A stretch of 64,000 bases of DNA from Cyanidioschyzon merolae. Taxonomy: Eukaryota. Positions 20,590 to 30,748 of the stretch are shown here, piece by piece. Position 1 is the first letter of the stretch. Every line of letters begins with the position of its first letter. The notes under the pieces are model-generated. The model ran no database searches. It was given only the letters and a program-made list of their open reading frames with translations, and was not told the origin of the DNA. The stretch lies in the NCBI GenBank assembly GCA_000091205.1, contig AP006496.2. The stretch is one strand, 5' to 3'. The position numbers and the translations under genes were made by a program.

Positions 20590-22149
20590 CTAGCAGCATT
20601 CTGCAGCATCAATCGCTGCACTCGTACTCCCAGAAGTGACCGTTTCATCGCCTCGCTCACACAACGAGCATCTGGGCTGCTGCTGCTGCTGCTGCGGCGG
20701 CGGCGGCGGCGGCGGCGGCGAGCTCTTTGCGAACAGAATCGACATCATCCCTTTCCGCTTCCAATAAAGAATCCCCATCATCAAAAATCCAGCACCGAGG
20801 ACCAGCGAGACGGCAACGACGACAAACCACGGCCAGGAGGGAGCCGTTTCCTCATAGGCTGGAATCGCAATGTTCATTCCGAAAAAATCCGCCGGAATCA
20901 GCATTATCAGGATCGTACAGAACCACAGATGACAGCTGATGTTCACTGTCCATAGCCGAGTCTGTTTCGCTGCGAGCGCAATCACTGTCAGTTCTTCAAT
21001 GTTGTGCAGCTGCTTCCGCAAGGCAGCTGCAGACATTTCATGATCATGGCACTGCCATAGCGCCCATTCAATCAGCGTGTAGACGCTCTCTTGAGTCGAG
21101 GCAAATGATGCCCGCATCCCAGCGTCATCGCCGGGGATGCACTCTCCGACCCAGGCTGCGACGGTTTCCGCAATACCGTCGTCGAGGCTCTCCTCCAGGC
21201 AGACACGGAGGTTCCGGGCTCGCAGCGCTACGAGTGCCACTTGTCGTGCTGCGCCTTGTAAAAGCCGCGGAGCCGCGGACTTTTCCACGGTATTGATGTG
21301 CAGTTGGCCGTGCTGCAGCTGCTGTTTGATCCACTGCAGCTTGCGCTCATTCGACTGAACGCAGGTATGGAGCATCGCTGCAAGGGCACGAAATCCAAAC
21401 GCCTCTCCTGGATCTGTTTCTGGCCCCGTGAGCCGACCAGACACCATTCGATGCAGGATGCGAGCATGCTCGCAGTCGAAATCCTGTATCAGCAGGCGTT
21501 CGGGTTCCAGAACAGCGCAGAGATGACGATGAAGCGCTGCGATGATCATACGGGGTCGAACTCGAATGGTCGGCTGCATCTGGTACACCGGCATGAAAAG
21601 TCGACGATCCACCGAATGGATGAAGATGTTTCGAATCTCTGCGCCTGATGCGCTCGAGTTTGAGTGGGGTATCCGCGTCGTCGTCCTCTTCGTCTTTGCC
21701 GTCGCTGAAGCTATACAGCATTCGTCATTGCGACATGGATCTTTTGAGCTGTACGCTGAGCACGAAAGCGTTTCGTAATGTTCGCGCGCGCCTTGCTTGC
21801 TTTCGACTCGACCGGCTCGAGGAACGCGATGCTCCGCGAACATACACAGACCGGCGCACGGCTGCGTCTCGCAGTAACATGTTCGCGACCAGATGACCTG
21901 TCCCTGATAGCCCGACGCTCTGTATTCGTGAAATCGATAGTTGAGCACGAGCAGTGCCTCCTGGCCGACGGCAGAGAGCCCCGAAACTCCGCCAGGGAAA
22001 GCGCCGGCACTCGCGAGCGTCTCGACGGAGCTGGCGAGTCGACTCGCTGGATTCTGCGCTATGCTCCGCAGAGGCCCAGACTCGAGACCATCGAAGATCG
22101 TTTTCCGCGGCTTGTTCTCTGACGCTGCAGTGAACCGCCGCTGAGGCAT
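20590..22149 (-). CDS. CorA/MRS2-family Mg2+ transporter, 519 aa
   Basis: The C-terminal transmembrane hairpin carries the diagnostic FFGMNIAIP (GMN) motif followed by TM2 (WPWFVVVAVSLVLGAGFLMMGIL). The poly-Pro/poly-Gln tail is encoded by a (CGG)n(CTG)n microsatellite. Confidence 0.8.
   Translation of the reverse strand: MPQRRFTAASENKPRKTIFDGLESGPLRSIAQNPASRLASSVETLASAGAFPGGVSGLSAVGQEALLVLNYRFHEYRASGYQGQVIWSRTCYCETQPCAGLCMFAEHRVPRAGRVESKQGAREHYETLSCSAYSSKDPCRNDECCIASATAKTKRTTTRIPHSNSSASGAEIRNIFIHSVDRRLFMPVYQMQPTIRVRPRMIIAALHRHLCAVLEPERLLIQDFDCEHARILHRMVSGRLTGPETDPGEAFGFRALAAMLHTCVQSNERKLQWIKQQLQHGQLHINTVEKSAAPRLLQGAARQVALVALRARNLRVCLEESLDDGIAETVAAWVGECIPGDDAGMRASFASTQESVYTLIEWALWQCHDHEMSAAALRKQLHNIEELTVIALAAKQTRLWTVNISCHLWFCTILIMLIPADFFGMNIAIPAYEETAPSWPWFVVVAVSLVLGAGFLMMGILYWKRKGMMSILFAKSSPPPPPPPPQQQQQQPRCSLCERGDETVTSGSTSAAIDAAECC
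20678..20720 (+). repeat. (CTG)6(CGG)8 compound microsatellite inside the CorA CDS
   Basis: ctgctgctgctgctgctgcggcggcggcggcggcggcggcg. On the minus strand it encodes PPPPPPPPQQQQQQ. Confidence 0.9.
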
Positions 22150-22419
22150 ACTGTGGCGAAAGTCTTCAGCGAGCCTGCTTTCTACGGCGACTCACACTTG
22201 CAGTCCTTGACTCGTGCAACAACTGGTGCGTATCAAAGTGCCAAAATGATGAGTCAAAGAAAAAGACCTTCAAACACCAGGAAACGCCTTATTGGTAAAC
22301 AGAAAAGTCTTTTACCAAGAAAGGAACGAGTGTCGAGTGGATGGACGGATTGCAGCCCCACATTGTTGCCCGAGCATGCGCCGGTGCTGCAGGCGACAGC
22401 GCCGTACCTCGGGTCGCCT

Positions 22420-23040
22420 CTCAGGTTCTTAGAGTCTTTCATTTGAATCGTGTTTCAATCCTCAAGTAAGTGTAATCAAGTGATTTTTCAGGGTTTGTAG
22501 CTGGAGCATTCAGAGTGTGTTCTTTTTAAAAAATAAACTTACGGGAATGGAAGTGAAGGATCCTGGAGGCCGTCATCGCCGGATGCCAGAGAAAAAGGAC
22601 GAAAATTTCGATCTTCTCGCCGACCATCGAGGGAGAAGTGCAAGTGACGAAGAAGAAGAAGAACAGGGTAGGTAGATGACAAAAGATGTTTGTCCGACAG
22701 GATGATGACGAGACTGTAGTCGAATAGAGGCCACGAGTTCTGGCAATCCTTGCGATGGTGAGTTCAACCAGAGGCAATGCACGCATGGAGATCGTGAACT
22801 TTGACTTTAACGCCACCATCAATACCAGACGATGTGTGGTGCTGAAGACGACTGCTGACGATATGAGGCCATCTATGTTTGTTGGGAAACCTCTCAGATG
22901 CGAAGTGTGCTAGGAGAAACTGAAAACGGCTGCAGGCGGCCAGTCAAAAAAGGCCGGGAGGCGTCTGAGAGGGAGTATATTTCTTTACACTCTATGGATC
23001 TACAGTTTTTTCGTTTCATTGAACACAAGGGTGCTTTTCC
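22420..23040 (+). mobile_element. Internally deleted (~0.6 kb) non-autonomous derivative of the Fanzor-family element, copy C
   Basis: Its 5' part (22444-22700) aligns to the leaders of A and B (ttgaatcgtgtttcaatcctcaagtaagtgtaatcaagtgattttt; ggatcctggaggcc...gccagagaaaaagg; gacgaagaagaagaagaac). Its 3' part (22780-22990) keeps a RuvC-III remnant, MEIVNFDFNATINT, and the conserved end block ggcggccagtcaaaaaaggccgggaggcgtctg. About 2 kb of internal sequence is missing. Confidence 0.55.
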
Positions 23041-24190
23041 TTTTGATGGACAGAACGCTCAACATGACCAGGGACGCTGTATTGCGGTATGGATTCGGGT
23101 AACCGGTAATGCATCTGTCGGTCCATACCCTTGGTTCAAGTTCTGGAAGCCACTCTTCGTACTTCCCCACGACGATACTGGTCATTCCGTACGTTCCATC
23201 GTGCGACGTTTCTCCTATGAGTTTTCGCAATAGTGCTTTTACAGTGCTGTTGCCAGCGCTGAATGTCCTCTGGCTGCCGGGGTGCTCGGATCACCGTCCA
23301 GGGTGTTGTCGGTCGCACCGCGATGCCACTTGGGGAGCCACTCGGCATGCGCTTGGCGCGCTTCTGTTGTCCCTGCTTCTAAGGTCTTCGGTGACCTCGG
23401 CATCCAACGAGCGCCTTGACTACACCACGCTCTAGTCGTCGGGATGTAACCTGAAGCAGCATCGTACGCGGAAGAGGTGAGGTTTACGTCCAGTGAACCG
23501 CGAGCATTTGCATATGCCCAGGGTGGGTGCCTCGACGCATCGACCCAGCGCCATCGACACGTGTGTGCTGTGTGTGTGTGTGTAGCACACGAGGATCTAA
23601 AGCGTTAAACGAATGCCGCAGTTCTTCGCTGAAGAAGCACCACATACGCGACGTATTAAGCATGAGGCTCCCATCGACACGGGTGCTTTTGCGTTACGGT
23701 GGCACCCAGCCCGGCATAGCGTTAGCGCAACGACACTGTCGCTCCGTTTCGAAAATACGTATGGTTTGTGGCAGTGGGTGGGCCCTGAAGATATGGTGCG
23801 GGAACCGCGGACGCTCTCCCGAAGGTCGATGACAACTGCGCAGTCGGGGATCCGCGGACTCGGGCAAACCTTCCGTCCATGAAGAGAAACAGGCGCAACG
23901 CCCAATCGGGCCGCATCGTGTCTCAACCGCAAGCTTCTGGTGCACTTCAGCTGCGCCCAGTTCGCATTTGCTGGGACTCGATAGGTGTTGGTATTCGACG
24001 GGTCGTACTGAGCAACGACATCGAGTCGCCATACAGGGCACTGCCAGCGTTTTCGTAGTTGCTGTCCCATTCAGGAGTTTATACGCGGCAAAACGCGCGC
24101 TTCGGACTCGGCACCGGCAAGTCGTCGCTACCACCGGGCGTCTTGCCGAGAAACTGGGCTTGGCATCGATTTCGCTGCAGTGAGTGGCCT

Positions 24191-24199
24191 TTATAAAAG
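24191..24199 (+). promoter_or_regulatory. TATA-like element upstream of NDUFS6
   Basis: ttataaaag lies 25-33 bp upstream of the ATG at 24224. By position alone it is only suggestive. Confidence 0.25.
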
Positions 24200-24223
24200 T
24201 ATTCTTACATAGTACTGGTGCAC

Positions 24224-24682
24224 ATGTGGCGAACTGTACTGGTGCGTGGAAGCACAGGCGCGCTGGTGTGGCGCGCCGTCACCCCGTCGTTGCCCGGGCT
24301 CGTGCCGAGCACCCCGCACTTGACCACGCCTTTGCCGCTGTTGGGGCGAAGCTTTGCAACCGACGCCCTCGCACTCAAAGACGGGTTGATTCGGTATCGA
24401 ATGCACTATCCCGACGGACAGGTACCGCCCAAGGTTGACCGGAACCTTGTGAGGTCCAAGTGGCACTCCGACGCCATGGAGCTCATCGAGCAGGTTCCGC
24501 CGCTTGTCGTCGAACGCGAGGTCATCGCATGCAACGGTGGACCCAACGTTGCCATGGGTCATCCCATCGAATACATTCGTGTGGATGCTGCGGATCCAGC
24601 ACCCAGCGTGTGCAAGTACTGCGGTTTGCGCTACATCCATCGGCACGCTGCCACCGCAGAGGCTGGATCCGAGCATCCCTAA
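24224..24682 (+). CDS. NDUFS6: NADH dehydrogenase [ubiquinone] Fe-S protein 6 (complex I 13 kDa subunit, zf-CHCC), 152 aa with a mitochondrial presequence
   Basis: The C-terminus REVIACNGGPNVAMGHPIEYIRVDAADPAPSVCKYCGLRYIHRH matches the NDUFS6 zinc-finger region (human: [22 protein letters not shown]...CGYCGLQF). The N-terminus is R/S/L-rich. Confidence 0.75.
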   Translation: MWRTVLVRGSTGALVWRAVTPSLPGLVPSTPHLTTPLPLLGRSFATDALALKDGLIRYRMHYPDGQVPPKVDRNLVRSKWHSDAMELIEQVPPLVVEREVIACNGGPNVAMGHPIEYIRVDAADPAPSVCKYCGLRYIHRHAATAEAGSEHP

Positions 24683-24906
24683 AGTCTGCTTCCGGTAGCG
24701 GGAAAGCAGACCGGGAATCCTGTACTGGCTGGCACCGGTTTTTCACATACGATGGGTGCGTACTGCTCATGAACCTGCGTGGAAGCTCCAACTCGGACGG
24801 TTCACTCGGCAACGCCTATCGCAAACGCTCGACTGGAAAATTCGGCACGCTCTTGTCCGTTGCTGCGGTTGCTCCCTGAAACACACAGGCATCTCAATGA
24901 TAGCTT

Positions 24907-25608
24907 TTACGTTTGTCTGGGCTCGCTCGCTACAGTCTCTGAATCCGGAGCGGATGAGGAGTGCATGCGAACAGTGAACACCGCACTCGGTGGTGCCGGC
25001 TCGCAGACGCCCTGCACCGTACACGGGTGTCCAAGCTGGGCGAGAAAGCCCCGAATAAGGCCGGCTGGAAACACACAGTACCAGGATGGTGCTCCTACGC
25101 TCTCGGGAAGTTCCTGCACATGGCGAAGCCAGCGAAAGCTCGCATCGAAAATCACGTAAACGCCACGGTGGTTTGTTTTCAGGCTGTCCACTTGTTTGCC
25201 GAAAACAGTTCGCCACAGGTCACGACAAAGTACTTTCAAGGCATCGAGCTCTGAGACGGGGTTTCCAGCGAGGGCCCCGACCCTTGGCACTCGGGGGCCA
25301 AGTCGCTCGCCGACGTAGAAGCCGGCCTCCTCGACTCGAGCGAGCGCCAGGGTCTCGGTTGTGAGTGCTTCAGTGCCCTGGTCGTTCTCGCTTGTCGTGT
25401 GGAGGTGCTGAGGTTTTCGTGGTCGCTGCCACAGCGGTGCTGGTACCGACCCGTGGCGCACTGGTGCGTCCGGTTTTCCAAAACCCGCTGCTGAAGCAGG
25501 CAACAGCGATGCGGTATTTTCGGCAACCAGTTCCATAAGAAGAAAGTCTAGCACGGCCGAGTCGAGCAGCACTACTGGTGCGCCCTCACTCGTGGCCTGA
25601 GCGTTCAT
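24907..25608 (-). CDS. TRAPPC6: TRAPP complex subunit 6 (Trs33/Bet3 family), 233 aa
   Basis: LDALKVLCRDLWRTVFGKQVDSLKTNHRGVYVIFDASFRWL...SWYCVFPAGLIRGFLAQLG aligns with human TRAPPC6 (LDIMKFICKDFWTTVFKKQIDNLRTNHQGIYVLQDNKFRLL...YLAFTCGLIRGGLSNLG). The start is an ATG (complement of 25606-25608). Confidence 0.8.
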   Translation of the reverse strand: MNAQATSEGAPVVLLDSAVLDFLLMELVAENTASLLPASAAGFGKPDAPVRHGSVPAPLWQRPRKPQHLHTTSENDQGTEALTTETLALARVEEAGFYVGERLGPRVPRVGALAGNPVSELDALKVLCRDLWRTVFGKQVDSLKTNHRGVYVIFDASFRWLRHVQELPESVGAPSWYCVFPAGLIRGFLAQLGHPCTVQGVCEPAPPSAVFTVRMHSSSAPDSETVASEPRQT

Positions 25609-27049
25609 CCTCGCTCTTGTCGAAGAACGCAGCAGACGCGCTGGTACACACCGGGTGCCCCTGAGAGCACCTACGCCTTCAAGCGGTTACACGAAGTAAG
25701 CCAGGAGTGTGTTCGTCGGGAAAAACGCACAGACATCTGCACTGCACCCAGGTTGTCTGAGAGGTACCTGGTTGCTGCGTAGCGCCCTTTCCACAGTCAC
25801 AAGAGCGGCTTGCCGCCTGCCGTCGCGACCAGCCATAGCGGGATAGGTGGCTGCTCAGATGCATCGGTGCCGTTTCCCTGCTCGAAACAGGATCGATAAC
25901 CAGAGAAGCGACTAGCGTTCGTTCGTGATCCCTTTCGCATTCCAATAGCTCCAGACCGGTTTTAGGCCTTGCGATAGAGCTTTGATCGATCCGGCGACTT
26001 TTTCTTGTTGCCAGTCTTCTGAGGATGCTCGTGGCGGTGCTGGATGTATCGTTGCCCAAGTTGCTGTAGAGAGCGCGCACGCGCGGGTACGTGGTACCTC
26101 TAGGGGCATCGATTCGAGATGCGCTGGTGATGCCCTCGATCAGCTGTGTTTCCCTCTTGGGAAGTGCATTTGTAAAGTTGGCCGGATTCCAACGCGTTCC
26201 ACGGGCTCCTGCGTCGCGATCAAAGTGCCGTAGATACGTTGAACCTCAGCAGTAGCAATGATAACAACACGCTGCATTCGAAGAGGTGAGCAACGCACCC
26301 AGGTTTTGGATGCGCAGCACAAGTGCTCGTTCCGATTCCATGGTATCGGGGCTTTGACGAAAGCTATCCCTTGGAACAAAGAGTCTTGACCCGGCGATGC
26401 CGAGATACATCCTCATTTGTCTGTGACGCAGTCCTGAAACCTTACTGGTATTCGCTGCCACCGGTTACCTACAGGCAGCGTTTGGCACTAGCAGACGCAG
26501 CCGCGGATGCACCCACCCTGCAAATATGATCTTTTTTTGACTGGCAGAACGTTTATAGGAACTGGGTGTCCGATTGTGCGATGTGGATCGGCAGCACAGA
26601 TGCAAACATCGTAGAGAGCGGCGACTTGGACGAGGCGCACTCTTCGACGAACGGTGAACAGGTGCGTGCAACAGCCATCTCACTACACTGTAAGAAAGAA
26701 ACGCACCAGGTGGAGTAACTTGGATGTAAAGAATAATGTATGGGTCTCTTTCCAAAGTCGTGAACAGCAGCCTGTTCGGAATTTTCGTGCGACTGTTTCG
26801 CTTTCCGGTCTGCGATATCCGATTTTTACTACGGGGTCTCTCCTTTCCTTCCAGCTCTGTTGCTCGCAGTCAAAGAATACTGATTTCAGCGTTAGGGTCC
26901 CGACTTCACTGCTTCGAGGTGTGGTCGACGCATATTGTCCCCAGTCGGAAGCTTCAATCTAAGCTTCAGCTGCCGTTTCGGTCCTCTGCCGTAGACAGCG
27001 ACGGTGCGCTCTTCGCATCGATAACCCTTGACTGTGCTTAGGGGTTGTT

Positions 27050-27340
27050 GTTCGTGCACCGCAACCACTCTTTCGACGGGGTCACCCTGGAGAATCCCGT
27101 GATCGTGGAATACTGTACCATGTGCGAAACGAAGCATGGCATCGAGACGAGCCTTGTGTACCCATCAACCGCATGCACCGAGCGATGCAGCAAGCGTTCA
27201 GGCGTCATAGACCGGACCTCGGACGCCGAGAAGCGGTGAACATACCCGACAATCTGACCATAGTCAAGTGTCACCGAGGCAAAATGCGCACCGATCAGTC
27301 TACAAATAAGATAAGAATGGCAAGCGAAGCGCACATTCCA
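27050..27340 (+). repeat. Partial (3' half) R1 dispersed repeat copy
   Basis: It aligns to the 3' halves of the other copies (aatcccgtgatcg; gcatcgagacgagcc; caagcgttcaggcg; catagtcaagtgtcaccgaggc). It explains ORF 27122..27466. Confidence 0.4.
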
Positions 27341-27890
27341 ACGACCACCTATGCATACCCTGTGTTGACAACAGCCAGAATTAGGGAAATCGCGACTTTC
27401 ATGCTATCATCAGCATCTTTTTCTGCGTATAACAATGCTGGGGCCAAGGAGAAACCTGCGAAATGAAAGCCGGAGTTAAGACAAAGGACAAGGGAGCATT
27501 CGCAGAACTTGCCCACAAATGCTTGTGCTGGTTACACGTAGAAAAGACCCAAACTTTAGTGTATACCCCGAGTTAGCCAGGCATCCCTGTTTCGGTCTTG
27601 TCTGACATGGATGTAGTATTCTGGAGTATCTACGCTCTGAATCCGAGCAGAGCGTTGCAAACTGTCAAACGAAAAAAATGTCGCCGTGTCAGAGCGCAAC
27701 CCCTGCCGGGGCGCGTGTCTCGCAGAGAGGGCGGCGCGAGCGCACTGCTTCCATTGGCGTGGCGTTTTCTCTACCACGTGTCTGAGCGCTTGCACGCACT
27801 GCATCCACCCTGCACTTTGCTGCACTTGTAGTGCTCGTTTTTCTTCGAATTGCAATGCGCTTTCTTTGTCCAAATAAGCTCTCGTTGCAA

Positions 27891-28637
27891 ATGCGCGATT
27901 GGACGGTACTATTACTGGTGTCGGTGACGCTCACACTGCTCCACTACGGTGCCGTCGCGCCGGCTACCGCAGCTGCAGTTGACCTCCGCTTTCTGCCCGC
28001 TGGAGACTTGGAAATAGCTGCGGCAAAGGAGCTCCTTTTTCCAGTGGATCGCGTTTCTCTAAACATAACGAGTTTCGACTCTGCCTTGCTACAAGAGGTC
28101 AATAAAACCTGGGTGAACACCACGCGGCACTTGAGCGAGAGCGGGGGAGCGAACGCCAGCCACCCCATCGACCACGTTGCGCAGGGGTTGTGTTTCACGC
28201 GTATTCTTCAAGAGGCCGCCGATCGTGTCGTATTGGCCGTGGAAGCGCAGTGCACACCGGTAGACGTTCAGGACGGAAACTGCAGCGATGTGGTGCAGGG
28301 AGCTGCTGATCGAGCTCTCCTTGATCGCGGCTGGACAAGTCCGGCTATCGAAGTGCTGTCTGAGGCGTCGCAGCTCCCGTTCCATTTGGACTCTCTGAAC
28401 TCGACTGGATCCGGTGGGGTTGGTCCTGGCGACTACGACATTCTGATTGGCATCGCCAAGCTAGTTGCTGAGCGCATCAAACCAGAAGTAGAGCGCGCGG
28501 CCGCGCTGTTTCATAGCGATGGCCTGGCAGGCATCAGCAGCGCGCTGCAGCCAGTTGCAGGGAACTCTTCCGCAACGAACCTTTACATAATCATATTCTT
28601 TGGGAAGGATAGCACCCAGCACTGCCTTGGAACCTAA
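27891..28637 (+). CDS. Hypothetical secreted or GPI-type glycoprotein, ~248 aa
   Basis: Signal-peptide-like start MRDWTVLLLVSVTLTLLHYGAVAPA. There are many N-glycosylation sequons (NIT, NKT, NTT, NAS, NCS, NST, NSS). I recognised no family. Alternative ATG at 27855. Confidence 0.45.
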   Translation: MRDWTVLLLVSVTLTLLHYGAVAPATAAAVDLRFLPAGDLEIAAAKELLFPVDRVSLNITSFDSALLQEVNKTWVNTTRHLSESGGANASHPIDHVAQGLCFTRILQEAADRVVLAVEAQCTPVDVQDGNCSDVVQGAADRALLDRGWTSPAIEVLSEASQLPFHLDSLNSTGSGGVGPGDYDILIGIAKLVAERIKPEVERAAALFHSDGLAGISSALQPVAGNSSATNLYIIIFFGKDSTQHCLGT

Positions 28638-29109
28638 TCTGCGGCGCGTTCAGGTCTTGGAACAGGACGACGACTGCACACGGCGTGCGCCTGCAGAGCG
28701 AAAGCTGTCAGGCTGCAGGCAGCAAGGGCCATGCGGCTGCATGAATCGTGGCGCCAGCGGGGACCAGGTTACGATGTTCCGCGACACCGAGGCGCAGCAG
28801 CGAAGCATAATCGTGTGACAGGCGGTGATGCATACATGACGCTGCTCGAGCATTGCTTTCAGCGATAGCATGAAGGTGGCCCCATCGTGACTGGATATGC
28901 GCGCGCTCGCCGATGCGTACACAGTGGGCAAATAGGCAATGTAAAGGTGAACCGGAAAGACTCTTCTTGAAGTTAGCCAACAAGGAACGCGCCGATTTCC
29001 CATCGAGCATCCGCCACGTGCTGGCCTACGCGCTCCAGGAAAGTTCAAAAGGCATCCCTGGTGCCGATCGCATCATCGATCCCAAGGAGGCTCCGGTTGC
29101 GAGCGTTTC

Positions 29110-29628
29110 TCATGAGTGTTCTTCCTCGGGGGGCAGGTGGACAGTCGTGAAAGCCTCACCGTCAAAGTCCTCGCGGGTCGTGGCGGTGGCGGTGCGTTCC
29201 ACGTGTTTCAGCTCGACGGGATACGGCACGATCGACGGGATTCCTCGGGTCACCTCCGCATCGGGACGCGGAATATGGACCGGTATACCAATATCCGCGT
29301 CACACTCTTGAATATAGACGCGAACCAGCCCGATGCCGCTAGAGCAACGCAGATGGATCGGCAGATGCGTCTCTGTCTCGGTATCTGCGGGAACACTGGG
29401 GAACTGCGCGTCCGCCACGGGGTCGTAGGGCGGAAGCCCCCGGATTTCTCGGAACCAGTTACCTTGTTCTGTCGCTGGTACGATGACTGGACCAGGGCCC
29501 AGCGGTCCCGATAAGCGAACTCGAACGGTGAGCTCTCTCACGATCCCCCGAGGTTCGTGGCGCAGGATCAAGTCTATCGTTCGCTTGCCTGGAGCCAGGA
29601 GCAGCCGGGGCAACCTCAGCATAAGCAC
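29110..29628 (-). CDS. Possible hypothetical protein, 172 aa (beta-rich, V/P/I/E-rich)
   Basis: The composition is protein-like (…TIDLILRHEPRGIVRELTVRVRLSGPLGPGPVIVPATEQGNWF…). No homology was recognised. Overlapping ORFs on the other strand make this uncertain. Confidence 0.2.
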   Translation of the reverse strand: MLMLRLPRLLLAPGKRTIDLILRHEPRGIVRELTVRVRLSGPLGPGPVIVPATEQGNWFREIRGLPPYDPVADAQFPSVPADTETETHLPIHLRCSSGIGLVRVYIQECDADIGIPVHIPRPDAEVTRGIPSIVPYPVELKHVERTATATTREDFDGEAFTTVHLPPEEEHS

Positions 29629-30149
29629 TTGTGCAATCGGTTGCGTCGCTCAGTCTACGCCCCTTATGCGTAGCTGAAGAACGGGTAGCGCAGACAGCCC
29701 AGCGTCTGTACGTAGCCGGATACTGGAGCGTGCACGAGGCAGCGGCAACGACCTCGCCGGGTCACCGGTTGAGGTTACGGCCTTGCGTGGACCGCTGACT
29801 CAGTGCAGGCAACTCTAAGAGAGCCGTGAATAGAGTTCCCCGAAGCAAACTATAGTCCAAGGCAAGTCAACGTCAATGCGAACACAAGAGCGGGACACTT
29901 GACGCGCGTTCACGGGATAACGCTTTCAGCACAGAGAGCAGTGCAAGTTCTGTCGCGGAAGCGCCGTGCGTCGAGTAGCTCGCACCAGCCGCACTGGAAA
30001 CGTCGCTCGAGTGTACTGTATCCAGTCGCTGCCGCTTCTTCGAGTTGTCCTATTCAGATGCGCCTTTTCCAAATGTCTAAAGTCTGGGATGCGTAGGTAC
30101 CAATGGCTGTGAGCGCTTCAGCACACGGGACAAGTGCAGTGCCATTCAC

Positions 30150-30565
30150 TGATCTCAGACCGGAGAAGAATATCTTATCATCCAGGATCGAGCATTGAGT
30201 GCACTTTTGATTACACAAGGAGCAATCGTGTAGCATTCACGGATTACATACCGCAATGCGTCTCCTTGCATATATCGTTCATCGGTAGAAGAATATCTTA
30301 TCATCCAGGATCGATCATTGAGTGCACTTTTGATTACACAAGGAGCAATCGTGTAGCATTCACGGATCACATATCGCAATGCGTCTCCTTGCATACATCG
30401 TTCATCGGTAGAAGAATATCTTATGATCCAGGATCGATCATTGAGTGCACTTTTGATTACACAAGGAGCAATCGTGTAGCATTCACGGATCACATACCGC
30501 AATGCGTCTCCTTGCATACATCGTTCATCGGTAGAAGAATATCTTATCATCCAGGATCGAGCATT
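30150..30565 (+). repeat. 123-bp minisatellite x~3.3
   Basis: The unit gaagaatatcttatcatccaggatcgagcattgagtgcacttttgattacacaaggagcaatcgtgtagcattcacggat(t/c)acataccgcaatgcgtctccttgcata(t/c)atcgttcatcggta starts at 30165, 30288, 30411 and 30534. Its length is a multiple of 3, which explains ORFs 30134..30688 and 30155..30550. Confidence 0.9.
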
Positions 30566-30748
30566 CCGTACTCAAGCGCCGTGTTCCCATGCCGCAGCGC
30601 GAAATGGCGTCGCTGCAGCGATCCGTCGGCGGGGCGCCCTTATAGCTGGATGAGCGCGCGCGGCCCGTCGTCGCGGACGTCTTGGTAATGCGGAGCGTTT
30701 CTCAGCGTTCTGTTGTGGAACAAGCAGGCACCTGTATCGGAACTTGTC

